Shown: piece by piece, positions 51,991-63,494 of the stretch
How positions within the stretch are numbered: the first letter of the stretch is position 1
Layout: the number at the start of each line of letters is the position of its first letter
Assembly (NCBI RefSeq): GCF_001194135.2
Contig: NC_068985.1
Coordinates: 34,292,664 to 34,356,663 of the forward strand
DNA: 64,000 nucleotides
Direction of reading: 5' to 3'
Source of the DNA: Octopus bimaculoides
Taxonomy: Eukaryota
Program-made: the position numbers and the translations under genes
The notes under the pieces: model-generated
Told to the model about the DNA's origin: nothing
Databases searched by the model: none
The model's input: only the letters and a program-made list of their open reading frames with translations

Positions 51991-52997
51991 GTATACCAGA
52001 GATGATAATTCTATTAATATGGGGAGAATTAAAGAGCAGGAATTGGCTGTGTTTGATAAACCTCAAAAGTTGTACAACATCATACCAACATCACACAGGC
52101 AAGATGTGGATTCTATACTGTGAAATGTATGCCCTCACTTTGTGCACAGTAATGCAATTTGATTATTGCATGTCAAGAAATCAGGGCCTTAGGTGCACAA
52201 AACTGCATTCAGACAGTAGAAACATAGACAATGATTAATTCAGTATCCTTAGGGTTTCATTTGGCTTGTTAGATGTAGTAGATAAGTAGTTAAAATGATT
52301 AGTGCAAGAAGTAGAACTCGTGATTGAATTGTAGCTAGGGCTGGAATAGATTACAAGAAGTGCTAAAATTTTCTTCCCTTATTAAAAATGAAAAGAATTT
52401 GCAGCTTCATATGAAAGGTAGATGGCATGGTGCATTTGTGAGGAGTTGAAATGATGCATGAAAGAATGATATGAATATTGGTTAGGAATGGAATTAACAC
52501 CATTTGTTGGATGTGCAATACTAACATGTATCACTGACTGAGTTGAAGCTGAGAAATTGATTTTTTTCAGTGGATGTATAATGAAAAGGCATTTTTGTTG
52601 GATTAAATGTGTGGTAGAGAGAAATGGATGTGGAATGAAATGATGGTATAATAAGGACACACTGCAGAAAAACTATAAACTTTGAAGTATGACCTGAAAA
52701 CTCTGAAGCTTATTAATACATTACTATAATGTACTATAGAACATATTCATAGTGCTTTTAGCTAACACTTTGTGTTACAATGATTGTAAACAAACTGTCT
52801 GTACAATATCTGTGCTGATATAAAAAGGGTGTACAACTGTGTGTGCATTTTTATTGTTTTTGAAGTCTTCAGCAGCAACTGTGTACCCCAGTATCTACTG
52901 ACCATACAATATAGGACAGATAATTAGTGAAAAATTCTTCATAGCCCTTTATCTTTTTAATATATTAATGCAGGGTCTTTTTAATATATCTTTTCAG

Positions 52998-53105
52998 AAA
53001 TTACAGAAGACTTTTTGGTAACAACTATTTGTTGTACTGTAGGAAGTGTATTATTATTATTAATAACTTTGAGGCTTCTTGCTTATAAATTCCACAAAAT
53101 AAGAG
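52998..53105 (+). CDS. IgSF receptor transmembrane exon
   Basis: atcttttcag|; EITED-FLVTTICCTVGSVLLLLITL-RLLAYKFHKIR (hydrophobic helix, then basic residues); donor G|gttggt (phase 1), with alternative TG|gtatgt at 53109 (phase 2). Missed by the ORF track because it is short. Confidence 0.85.
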
Positions 53106-53213
53106 GTTGGTATGTTTTACACATTATTAAGATTTGTTAACTACATTGAGATACATATTCTTCAAACTCTCCTGGTTAAATATATGTTGGAATTTGTGTA
53201 TATATATATATAG

Positions 53214-53248
<35 letters not shown>

Positions 53249-53543
53249 CGTGTATGTGTGTGTGCATGCATGTGTGTGAAGAATATACACCCTGCAGATT
53301 GTGACATATAACCAGAGTTCAGACTCAGTAGTGGGTCCCACTCCTATATCCAGTGCAATATGATGTGGAGTATCAAAGTAGGTGTGTAGACAATAAGCCA
53401 TCTAATAGTATTAAAAAATATATAGAAAACATAAAATTTGATGCTTTATAAGCATTTACGTATTTCAGCAAATTATCATCAGAGTTACATAATTGCTGTT
53501 GAAACATTATATAATTTTGTTAATTCACCTCTTTGGTTTTCAG

Positions 53544-53635
53544 CGAAAAATACAATGAGTGGTATTAAATGCTCAATAAATATTCTCAGTATGGAAATTA
53601 TGAACAACATTGCTCGTGGCACAATGTAATTGGAG
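53544..53635 (+). CDS. Candidate cytoplasmic exon (92 nt, no stop-free through-frame)
   Basis: Strong acceptor ctctttggttttcag| and donor GAG|gtaaac. Phase 1 reads AKNTMSG...GTM*; phase 2 reads CEKYNEWY* then MLNKYSQYGNYEQHCSWHNVIG. Confidence 0.3.
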
Positions 53636-53848
53636 GTAAACAAACAGACAAACCATAGTGGTTTGAGGCCACACCTCTCATATCTCTGTAGATGCAACCA
53701 AGAAAATTATATAAATATCAACAACAATAACAATGCCAATAGAAATAGCAGAGATGGTAGCCACAGTTTCAGCATTTTGGTCATAAATCAGAGTCAAACA
53801 CCCTGCAGATACTTAAATGTCAAGTTTTACAATAACAGTTGTCAATAA

Positions 53849-54640
53849 CACTGGACAACAAAGATTTTTCTACTGGAGTAGAAGCATGTGTTTCAGACTA
53901 AATCGAGTATGCTGATTCTGAATCTGCACTCAGAATTGTTCTAGCACATCAGGATTTGAGTTATGTGCATGCACAAGATTATAACTATACTTTCAGCTAG
54001 ATATAGGCTGTATTATAAAATTTGCTCAAATGAAAGCGGTCTTAATTCAGAATTAAAGAAATAACAGCAATAAAACAAACAAGGAGAAAGTTTATTATTT
54101 AGTTTAGCAACAGATGGTGCTGATGTATTGTGTGCAATGCCAAATACATAAATTTGTTCTTGGTAACTCAGTGTTGTTTGTGCTTCTGTCACATGTGGTA
54201 TGTGTATCTATTGCTCTGAGTGATTACTGTTTTAACTGTGTTCATTGTGTTAGATCATGAATAGGAGAGGCTGTGTAAATCCCCAGACAACTTTTGTTGT
54301 GTCTATGGAAAATTTGCTCCATGAGACCAGTGGAGGAACATTGCTACCGAATTAAAAACTACCTTTAAATATTTCGGGTGTAAAGTTGGGGATCAAGACA
54401 AGAGGTGGGTACCTCCCATATGCTGCACCATGTGTTACTCAGGGCTTACACAGTGGCTGAATGGAAAATAGAAGGAAATGCCTTTTGCTGTACCAATGGT
54501 ATGACATGAGTGAACCAATCATGTCTCTGATTATTACTTTTGTATGACCAATATTAGTGGTTTCTCAAAGAAGACCAAAGCAAAAATTGTGTATGCAGAT
54601 TTTGAGTCGGCTCTAAAATCGGTCCCACATGACTTCATCT
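53849..54640 (+). mobile_element. Chapaev3-like transposon 5' end (Chapa domain)
   Basis: TAA|CACTGGACAAC terminus; CVN.PDNFCCVYGKF...GDQDKRWVPPICCTMC...WLNGK..MPFAVPMV...NHVSDYYFC. Confidence 0.75.
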
Positions 54641-54669
54641 AATGTGATGCTTAAAATGGAACAGCTCTT

Positions 54670-55620
54670 GAATATATGATCAAAGATCAGTATTATATAA
54701 TGTGCTGATAAGCCTGATGGTAATTAAAAAAAGCCAAATGTTTGAGTGATGATTTAGAGTAAAAAAAAAGTAAAGTTTCTAACGAAAAATCTTTTCTGAT
54801 TAGTAAAAACTGATATAAAAGGTTTAAGAAGTGTTTGAATCTACACATTAAAAAATGATTAGTGAAGCTGCCAGTATTGATACAGTGGTTGCTATAAATT
54901 ATCATGAACAGCTGTAAAAAAAACAAAAATATGAAAAAAGGGAAAAAGATGGAAAGAATGTCATGATATCTAAAGTGGGGTTATACTCGGAATAATATAC
55001 AATGTTGATGAAACTGAGCTTTTCTGGAAACTCCATGCCCTACAAAAAGAAAATTCAGCACAAGAATTTAAAGCTTCTGAAAATCATCCTATGCTTCTTT
55101 GAGGAAATGTCATGGGTAATACAAGATTAAAGCCCTCATTCATGCATCACTTGAAAAATTCAAGGGATTGCAAGAGTTATCCAAATTTAATTTACTTCTG
55201 CTCTGGCATCCAAGTAAGGAGGGATGAATGACTAAGAGGCCTTTTGAAGTATGGTTTACAAACATGTTTTGTCTTACTGTAGAAAGGCACTGTGACAGAC
55301 AATATTTTCAACAAAGCATTGCTTTTTTTAGTCACTACCTCAAGTCACCTACTGAACTTAAATGGGGTTTCTGATAAGATAAGAGTAGAATATATCCCCA
55401 AGAACACAACTTCTTTGCTCCAGTCATTAAAGTATGATAGCTGATTTCAAAGCATATTATCTGCAAGGAACTTTCAAGCAACTTATGAAAGCAACAAAAA
55501 GGCTAAACCAACAATTAGAAACTTCTGGAAGAAGTTTGACATAATGGATACTATGGATAATATATCTGAGTCATGGGATGAAGTAAAGTGCATAACCTTG
55601 AATGGTGCTTAGAAAAAAAA
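54670..55620 (+). mobile_element. pogo/Tigger (DDE_1) transposase remnant
   Basis: Frameshifted IYNVDETELFWK; WHPSKEG*MT; KALLFL; EYIPKNTTSLLQ; WDEVK. Confidence 0.7.
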
Positions 55621-55789
55621 AAGATAGCCAAACTTCATCTGTTTAAAAGTGTCCTACAAACAGAACATCTACAAATTTGGAAACATATTCTAACATTTGC
55701 AAATGATTTCATACTAGATGATACGGTTAAGTTGCAAGTATCCCATAGGGAAAGTTTATTTAACAAGGTGCTAATACTCTGAGTACAAA

Positions 55790-56460
55790 AGCAATCTTGG
55801 GCTTCATCACAGTCTCTAGAACTCCTAGTTTACATTCAGCCCCACATTAAAGATATGAGGGGGCTTGAGATGTTCTTCATTGCTGATTATGCCAGAGAAA
55901 CCATGTGGACAGGAATCTTGCTTTTCATGTCCCTAGAAACATCATGTTGGCTAACTTCTAACCATCTGTTATTTTGCTTGTTGTGTGCTTTGTTTTACCA
56001 AAAGTGTTTGCATCTGAAAAAAACCCAAACCATGTTTGAATCCAAGATATGCTTTAACTTGTTTAAAAGTTCCTTACTTCTCTTCATGTGGTTCTCTTAG
56101 GATTTCTGAGTGAGCAGCTGTCCTGTCTGCATCTTGTAATGAAGGTCTTCATTCTCACAAGTTTTCATAATTTTATCAATGCTGTACAATCTCACATATC
56201 CCAATGGTGGGGTCTTCCTCAAGGAACTGCTTAACTTTCTGGGTGAAATCAGCACTTCTCACCCTTTGTTTACTACAATTATGAGTTTCCCAAAGTAGCC
56301 ATAGTGTTAATGTCAGAGTTACTATCCTCTGACTATTTCCTTACCCTCTGGACCATGTGCAGTGATAGCTTTAGGTAGTCAGCCTTGGTATTCATGCCAA
56401 CACAGTATTCATGCCAGCACAGACTGCAGACACCACCACCTTCTTTTTCCACTCCTCAGG
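55790..56460 (-). mobile_element. Tc1/mariner (maT-like) transposase remnant
   Basis: Minus-strand MVWVFSD...QNNRWL...GIISNEEHLKPPHIFNVGLNVN..VLETVMKP. Confidence 0.65.
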
Positions 56461-56983
56461 CCACTTGTATTCATTTAATCGATCTGGGTTTGTTATTTCT
56501 TTGAAGTCATACATAAACAATATTAGTTTACACCATAACTTTCAAAATAGTATTTGATTTTTGGTTTAAACAGAGACACTAATTTAAAATACACATGCTG
56601 TACTTCGATAAAACTTTGAAAATGTTAAATTCCATTGCATATCTTTACCATTGTCTCAAAATTATTAATCTTTATTAATAATCCAGTCTATAAAATATTC
56701 CCATTTTATATCTAATTTCTTGAATATGTGGAAAATAGTCAATATTGATAGTACACACCATAATTTCAGAACAGTTTGAAACTTGAAAGAATGCAAGCAA
56801 CCTTAAATAATATCAATCTCTAACATGTTTCTATTAATTGGTGTATGTGTATGAGTATGAATGTGTTTGTGATTCTAGCTCCTTAGTATTTACTTTGGTA
56901 GTATCAGTACACTACTAACATAGTTTTTTAAAAAAATCTTATTTATAACCATGTTATCTATTCTTTGTATTAATTTCTTAAAG

Positions 56984-57025
56984 ATATGGACACTGCTTGT
57001 ATGAATGGTTCGGAGAAAACTGATG
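56984..57025 (+). CDS. 42-nt cytoplasmic micro-exon, paralog of 63453-63494 (DMDTACMNGSEKTD; GC donor); may be a pseudo-exon
   Basis: taatttcttaaag| ... ATG|gcaagc; phase 1-1, stop-free; 26/42 nt identical to the 63453 exon by hand count, with homologous intron flanks. Confidence 0.5.
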
Positions 57026-57349
57026 GCAAGCATATAAGCATTTCTTTAATAAATTACATTCATTAAAGCACAAGTTTATTCTTTTATTGATTTCAGCCCA
57101 AGGCTATAGCCATTCTGAAATTCTGATATTATACAGTACACTATTTTTGTTTCTAAATACACATTTATACATAAAATATACATTACAATATATTTCAATA
57201 TTATTTTTATACTACTTTTGTGCAACAGTAAAATAGTTAAAACATACTCTCCAAGCAGATAATTCTGCTCAAATATTATTTAATTTCTTGAATCAGTGGA
57301 AGATCATTATATTGTTGTTCAAAACATGTTGCATACATATATTTTTGTA

Positions 57350-57660
57350 TAAAATCATCTTCATTTAGCATCCATTTTCCTTGCTGGCATGGGTTGGACA
57401 GTTTGACAAGAGCTGGCAAACTGAAGAGCTGCCCAGGCTCCAAATGTCTGTTTTGACAAGGCTTCCAAGGCTTGATGCACTTCTTAATGTCAACCACTTT
57501 CCAGAGTCTATTGGGTGCTATTCATGTAGCACTAGCACAAGCTCTTTTTACTTGGCACCAACACAAGTGCTTTTTACAACATCAGCACAGGTGCTTTTTA
57601 TGTGGCATCAGCACTGGCACTAGCACCTGTGGAATCACCAAGTAGCTTGCAAGTCAAAGA
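57350..57660 (-). mobile_element. RTE 3' UTR fragment
   Basis: catttagcatccattttccttgctggcatggg family sequence. Confidence 0.7.
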
Positions 57661-57838
57661 TCTTTCAGCTGAGAGAGGGAGTAGAACCAAAAGAATTGGT
57701 TGTATCTGAGGCAAGAGGTAAGAGTGTGATAGAGGGACAGAGATATCTCTATCTCTACTAAGAGTAGATATTTGGCTACCCCAGTAGGACAAGAAGGAGA
57801 GGAAGGTGGGAAAGAGTTAAAGAGAAAGACTGAGACAC

Positions 57839-57894
<56 letters not shown>

Positions 57895-58129
57895 CACATG
57901 GTACAGTGAGAAGCAGTATAAATAGTAAAGAGGGGATAGAGTGGATGTTTCAAAAGAGTGTGACTGAAGCTGTTTAGAGATAACAAGTGGTGGTGAAAGG
58001 AATTGGAATGGTTGGGAAGGGTCTTATTGGAGAGAGAGAGAGAAAAAGAGAGAGAGAGAGTGCGCGCGCGTGTGTGTGTGTGTGTGTGGAGGGTCCTGTC
58101 GTGGAGTGTCAGGAAGATGGGTTTTGACA

Positions 58130-58460
58130 GAGGACAGGTTATATATGTGTCTGAGAGGGTCATGGCTGTATGTACAGATGGCTATGATTTTACTTAGTTT
58201 GATATGTCTTCTCAAGCACAGCAAATCACCAGATGTTTTGGTTCCTTGTCATCTCCTCTGTGAGGTCCAATACCTGAAGATAATTTTTCACCACTTTGTC
58301 CCATGTCTTTCTGGGTCTACCTCATCTACAGGTTTCTTCCACATTTAGAGACAGGCACTTCTTTGTGCAGCTCTTTTCCTCCATACACATCACTTGATCA
58401 TACCAGTGCAATCTTCTCTCTTGCACACTATATCTAATGCTTTTTATGTCCAATTTTTCT
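58130..58460 (-). mobile_element. RTE RT C-terminal fragment
   Basis: LREKLDIKSIRYSVQERRLHWYDQVMCMEE. Confidence 0.7.
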
Positions 58461-58504
58461 CTTAAATCACTGATAATGGAATACAATTCTCGGGGTATGA
58501 ATTC

Positions 58505-58690
58505 AAGAACTTCTGTAAAATGCATGTGATAAAGCATATTTTCACTCCTTCCTACTACCTGAGGTCAAATGGGCAGGTGAAAAGATTTGTGGACATATTC
58601 AGAAGAACGTTAAGGAAAGCTAGGAATGAGTCAAGTAATGACGAAGTTCTAATGAAATTCTTAAGGGTATGTAGAGTAACCACCCCCAAT
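58505..58690 (+). mobile_element. Gypsy integrase core fragment
   Basis: HIFTPSYYLRSNGQVKRFVDIFRRTLRK...FLRVCRVTTPN. Confidence 0.8.
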
Positions 58691-61290
58691 CATCATCATC
58701 ATCATCATTTAGCATCTGTTGTCCATGCTGGCATAAGTTGGACGGTTTGACCGGGGCTGGCAAGCTGGAAGACTCCAGTTTGCACCAGACTCCAGTTTGA
58801 TTTGACATGGTTTCTATGGCTGGATGCCCTTCCTAAGTCCAACCACTCTGAGAGTGTAATGGGTACTTTTGTGTGCCACCAGCATGGGTGCCATTTGAAT
58901 GATACTGGTAACTACCACAATTGCGATTTTGCTTTGCTTGATGGGTCTTCGTCTCAAGCATGACATAATGCCAAAGATCTCAGTCATTGCCTCCATGAGA
59001 CCCAACACTCAAAAGAAACTCAGCAACTTTGCCTTTGCGAGGCCTAACACCCGAAAGGAACTCACCTCTGTGAGACCTAATGCTCAAAAGGAATTCAGCC
59101 ACTTTGCCTTCATGAGGCCCAACATTTGAAGAGAACTCAGCCACTTTGCCTCCGTGGGGCCCAACGCTCAAAAGGAACTCAGCCTCTTTACCTCCATGAG
59201 GCCCAATGCTCAAAAAGTGCTCTTTACATGCCACTGGCACGGGTGCCAGTTACATGACACCAGCATCAGTCACGATCATGATTTTACTTAGCTTGATGGG
59301 TCTTCTCAAGCACAGCATATCGCCAAAGGTTTCAGTAACTGGTCATTGCCTCTGTGAGGCTCAGAGTTTGAAGATCATGCTTCACCACCTTGTCCCATGC
59401 TTCCTTGGTCTACCTCTACCACAAGTTCCCTCCACAGTTAGATATCAACACACCTGACTTCGTCAATATGCATCACATGACCATACCAGTGCAGTCGTCT
59501 CTCTTGCACACCACATCTGATGCTTCTTATACCTAACTTTTCTCTCAAGATGCTTATACTCTGTTGGACATGCACACTTACATTGCACATCTAATGAAAC
59601 ACACTGGCTTCATTTATTTCAAGCCTACGCATGTCAGCTGTCACAGCCTGTGTTTCCCTACCATGTAACATAACTGTACGCACACAGGTATCATACAATC
59701 TGCCTTTCATACTGAGAGATAGGCCCTTTGTTGCCAGCAGAAGTAGGAGCTCTCTGAACATTGCCCAGCCTTATCTTATTCTCACAGATATGTTCTTGGA
59801 GCATCTACCTCCGTTACTAACTTGGTCACCTAGATAATGGAAGCTATCTAGTACCTCCAGCTTGATCACCTGGCAGTTGATGAAGTCTGTTTTCTGCACA
59901 TTTTCAGTGTTTTTTGTACCTGTGCATCTTCCACATATAAAAGTTATTTTTCCTGTTAACCTTTCTCTGATTTTGCTGCACCTTTTATGTGTTCAAATCT
60001 TACACTGGGTACATCTTATGGAGTTTCTACCTAACACCTTTTCTACAGATTGAGCAGGGCCATCTACCTGAAGGGATTTGTGATTTGTCTGCCTTCCTAC
60101 TTACTAAAACTTTGGTTTTTACTAGGTTAACTCTAAGGCCCTTCGATTCTAGACCTTATTTCCATACCTGAACTTCTCTAGTTCTGATAGGGATTCAACT
60201 ATAAGAGCAAAGTCATCAGCATAGAGGAGCTCCCAGGGGAAACCTGTCTTAAATTCTTCTGTTATTGCCTGGAGGACTATGATGAACAAGAGGGGGATGA
60301 GCACCGATCCTTGGTGAACCCCTACTTGTACCCTGAATTCTTCATAGTATTCATTGCTCATCTTCACCTTACTGGTAGCATCCCTGTACAAGGCTTGTAG
60401 AAATCTCACCAACCACTCATCCATCTCTAGTTTCTGCATTGACTACCAGATAAGAGATTGGGTGACCTTGTCAAAGGCTTTCTCCAAGTCAACAAAAGCC
60501 AAGTACAGAGGTTTGGTATTTCTAACCAAGTATAGAGGTTTGGTTAAGTATTTCTCCTGAAGTTGTTTTACCAGAAATATAACATCAATGGTGCTTCTAC
60601 CCGGCACAAAGACAAACTGCATCTCATCTAAACTAACTCTCACCCTAATTTGTTATGCTATGACTCTCTCCATAACTTCCATCACCTGATCCAACAATTT
60701 GATACCTCTGTAATTATTTCTATTTAAGGCATCATCTTTGCCTACGTAGCAGTTGACTATGGTACTGATACACCTGGTATCTTCCACCAATGACAATTGG
60801 TGGAAGATACCAGGCTGCCATCTGACATGCCCATTGAAATCTTCAGCCTCAAAGATGAGATCATTGTCATTCATCTTTGCGGTATCCTGCAGAAGAATAT
60901 CATGAAAGTAGTCCCTCTGTTCATTTGGTAGGCCAACTTGTGGGGCAAGACTAGCCTGAGCTTAAGCACTCTATTGCACACTCTTACTACCACCATGACC
61001 ATATCCACTCATTTCTCTGTAAGAAGTGTGCTTGCACCACCGACTCCATCACTGTTATCTTCCCAGAAGATTTTATACCTATGTGTCTTGCCTGTGAGGA
61101 ACCTGGCTGAAGCTCCTCTCTGCCTTACCTCTTGGATACTGCATACATCAACATGGCTCCGTTCAAACATCTCAACAATCTCACTAGACCTACATTTCAA
61201 TGTGCCTACATTGACAGTGCCAACTCTGAAAACTGGGAAAGGGACGTGGGAGGGAACATGGGAAGGAGAGATGTTATTCAGCACCTGAAA
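58691..61290 (-). mobile_element. Near full-length decayed RTE LINE (APE + RT + 3' UTR + (CAT)n tail)
   Basis: RVGTVNVGTL..VDVCSIQEVR (61284); NNYRGIKLL; DLEKAFDKV; GVHQGSVL; ELLYADD; tail at 58691. Confidence 0.9.
58989..59217. repeat. 42-bp minisatellite, about 5.5 units, inside the RTE 3' region
   Basis: Unit gcctcc(a/g)tgaggcccaac.ctcaaaaggaactcagccacttt repeated contiguously. Confidence 0.9.
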
Positions 61291-62279
61291 AGAAGGTTTC
61301 CATGATCATTTGATAACAGACATTTCACATCAGTTGTTCTTGCTTTTAACATATCATCATTCAAACATGTTAAAATTGTTACCCTTACTAGGGGTAATGT
61401 AAGCATAGTAAATATAAGTGTTATGAGCATTGTAAATATAAGTGTTACTGCTGCAAACATAAATATAGATATACTAATGTTAAATTAAGTAAGTAAATGG
61501 GCAGCTGTTTGATTAGTCCATTATATATAGAGAGAGAAAGAGAAAGAGTGAGAGAGGGGGAGAGAGGGGAGAGAGGGAAAGAAGGTAGTAGGTGGTTTGG
61601 AAGGGAGGGAGGGACAGAGGTATGTAGGTCTTCTGGTGCAGAAGTGAGGCAGAGATATGTGGGAGTTTCCAGTATAAGGGAAGAGATTACCAGTATAAGA
61701 GAAGAGATTACTGGTACGAGAGAAGGGATTTCTGGTATTGGTAGTGGGGGCAAGAAAGGATGGGCACATTGTGAACAAACAAAGGCTAGATTCACCACGC
61801 GAATTAGCAGCAAGAGGACAATAGTGAGGCAAAGAATGATAGAACACATGAGAATTATGTCAAGTATTTAAAGAGATATGATTCTAAAGTTATTAGAGAA
61901 AGTAATGAATTACAGGTTATGAAGTTATTCTAACTGAAGAATGTTAGCATGTTAGTAATACATGTTAAATGAATAAAAGAATGATGAAAAATTGAAAACT
62001 AGAGAAATTTCTTTACTTAGTGACTGGACATTTCACGTCGTGATATGATAGTGTCAGATAGTAGGGCAAGATGTGAAGGTTTGGGATAAATCATGTGCAA
62101 AGGAGTTCTTTATATAATCTACAGCCAGAAGTGGTTAAATAAGTTGCTAGCTTCACCAGAAGAAAATCGAAATTGCAGCAACAGGACAATAGTGAGGCAA
62201 AAAATGATAGAACATATGAGAATTATGTCAAGTATTTAAAGAGATACGTTTCTAGAGTTATAAGAGAAAGCCATGTACA

Positions 62280-63007
62280 AAGTCACGAAAGTCACCCACA
62301 GAGTTGATGTTCACGAGAAGAACAGAATCGATTTATGATAATTTATTGCCAGAGAAAAAAAGATGTAAAGGAAATATGAAAGGTTTAATGAAATATTTTG
62401 AAACAGGAGACAAAGTGCATTTTAAAACCTACAGAAATGGTAAAGAAGAATGGGAGGATGGCCATGTAACCAAAAAAAAAAAAAAAAAAAANNNNNNNNN
62501 NAAAAAAAAAAAAAAAAAAGAAACTATCTAATTAAAGGACCATGTTAGGAACATAAGAGACACATAAATCAGCTGAGGAATGGAGAAAGATTCCTATGGA
62601 AGTATTTTTTATGTATTTGATGTCCCAGTACCAAAAGAAATGGAGTTGGATAGAACCAGTGTGAGAAAACGGAAGCAGACTGAACACCTAGAGATAAGGC
62701 CCAAGTGAAAAAGAGACTAAAAAACAATAATAAATAAAATTTCTTTATTTCTTTGGAACTGAAAATCTCAAAAGGAGAGATGTTGTGGTGAGAGTATGAC
62801 ACCCTCTGATGGAAATAGATGGGACCATTACATATAAATAGTAGCAGTCTGACATAATCAGCAGTTTGTAGTTTGGTCTTCAAAGTCCAGGTACAGGTTA
62901 CAGTTCAAGTTAGTGAATTGGAAATATTGATTGTTGGCTTATGTGTTTATTACTGCTGCTGTTTTTATTTTGTATTGTTACAGTATATTCTTTATCTATC
63001 ATCAACA
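62280..63007 (+). mobile_element. Gypsy 3' end: integrase C-terminus, PPT and 227-bp 3' LTR (62781-63007)
   Basis: SPTELMFTRR...FETGDKVHFKTYRNGKEEWEDG; AAAAGGAGAGA PPT immediately before TGTTG; LTR ends CAACA (5-bp inverted termini); TATAAAT inside. Confidence 0.75.
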
Positions 63008-63452
63008 ATACCAACTGTACTATGATATTGGAGGTGTACGGATATAACAGTAAAATAAACGTTTTCTAGCTCCTTTTCTGGTTGCCTGATATAGATCTTT
63101 GCCACTACTACTCTGCCCATCCTTCCAGGCTTGTTTCTTTGGTCTAATGGCCCTACGTACTATGCTGTTCCATTATCCTATCATGTCACCTTAGGGCTGG
63201 AAGGGACTTTGCACGAGCCACAAATTTGGTCAGTAACCCTCATTAAGTTATTTATTCAACCCCACCTCCAGTAAGTATAATTGATAGGGATTGTACATAA
63301 CAAGATCTGAGAATGGTCTAAACTCGAATAGAAAGTTAATAACAATAATTTATATCAAACTATTAATGTGTGTGTGTGTGACTATGAGACTATTAGTATC
63401 TTTTCTGGTAATATATTTAAATGTTATTTATATTTTTCTTTAATTCTTAAAG

Positions 63453-63494
63453 TCCTGGATGGTGCTTATGATAATCTTTCAAAGAAACCTGAAG
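63453..63494 (+). CDS. 42-nt cytoplasmic micro-exon with tyrosine motif (VLDGAYDNLSKKPE)
   Basis: tttttctttaattcttaaag| ... AAG|gtgagc; phase 1-1, stop-free, compatible with the TM exon phase-1 donor. Confidence 0.7.

Larger units (their letters stand above)
6195..62501. other. Assembly gaps: 6195-6880, 7508-7955, 13684-13693, 22948-23109, 24594-25370, 36024-36858, 40093-40484, 62492-62501
   Basis: Runs of N, mostly next to microsatellites or repeats; additional exons could be hidden in them. Confidence 1.

Noticed and set aside
45077-52997. Naming the gene nephrin, hemicentin or CEACAM
   Set aside because: No FNIII exon was found, the domains are too divergent to assign by eye, and orthology needs a search; gene symbol left blank.
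53692-53756. tgtag|ATGCAACC...GATG|gtagcc as a cytoplasmic exon (ENYINI motif)
   Set aside because: It gives an immediate stop with either TM donor (TGA at the junction, or TAA after 7 codons).
30088-54640. RAG-like rearrangement system (CMC/Transib-related transposase inside an Ig gene)
   Set aside because: The transposase pieces are decayed, I saw no heptamer/nonamer signals or V/J-like segment arrays, and these introns contain nearly every TE class, so co-location is expected.
58989-59217. CRISPR-like array
   Set aside because: The units are contiguous with no unique spacers, there are no cas genes, and the context is eukaryotic.
62900-63025. Hydrophobic Cys-rich frame after ttacag as a second TM exon
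   Set aside because: It lies inside the Gypsy LTR, has no donor, and a better TM exon exists at 52998.
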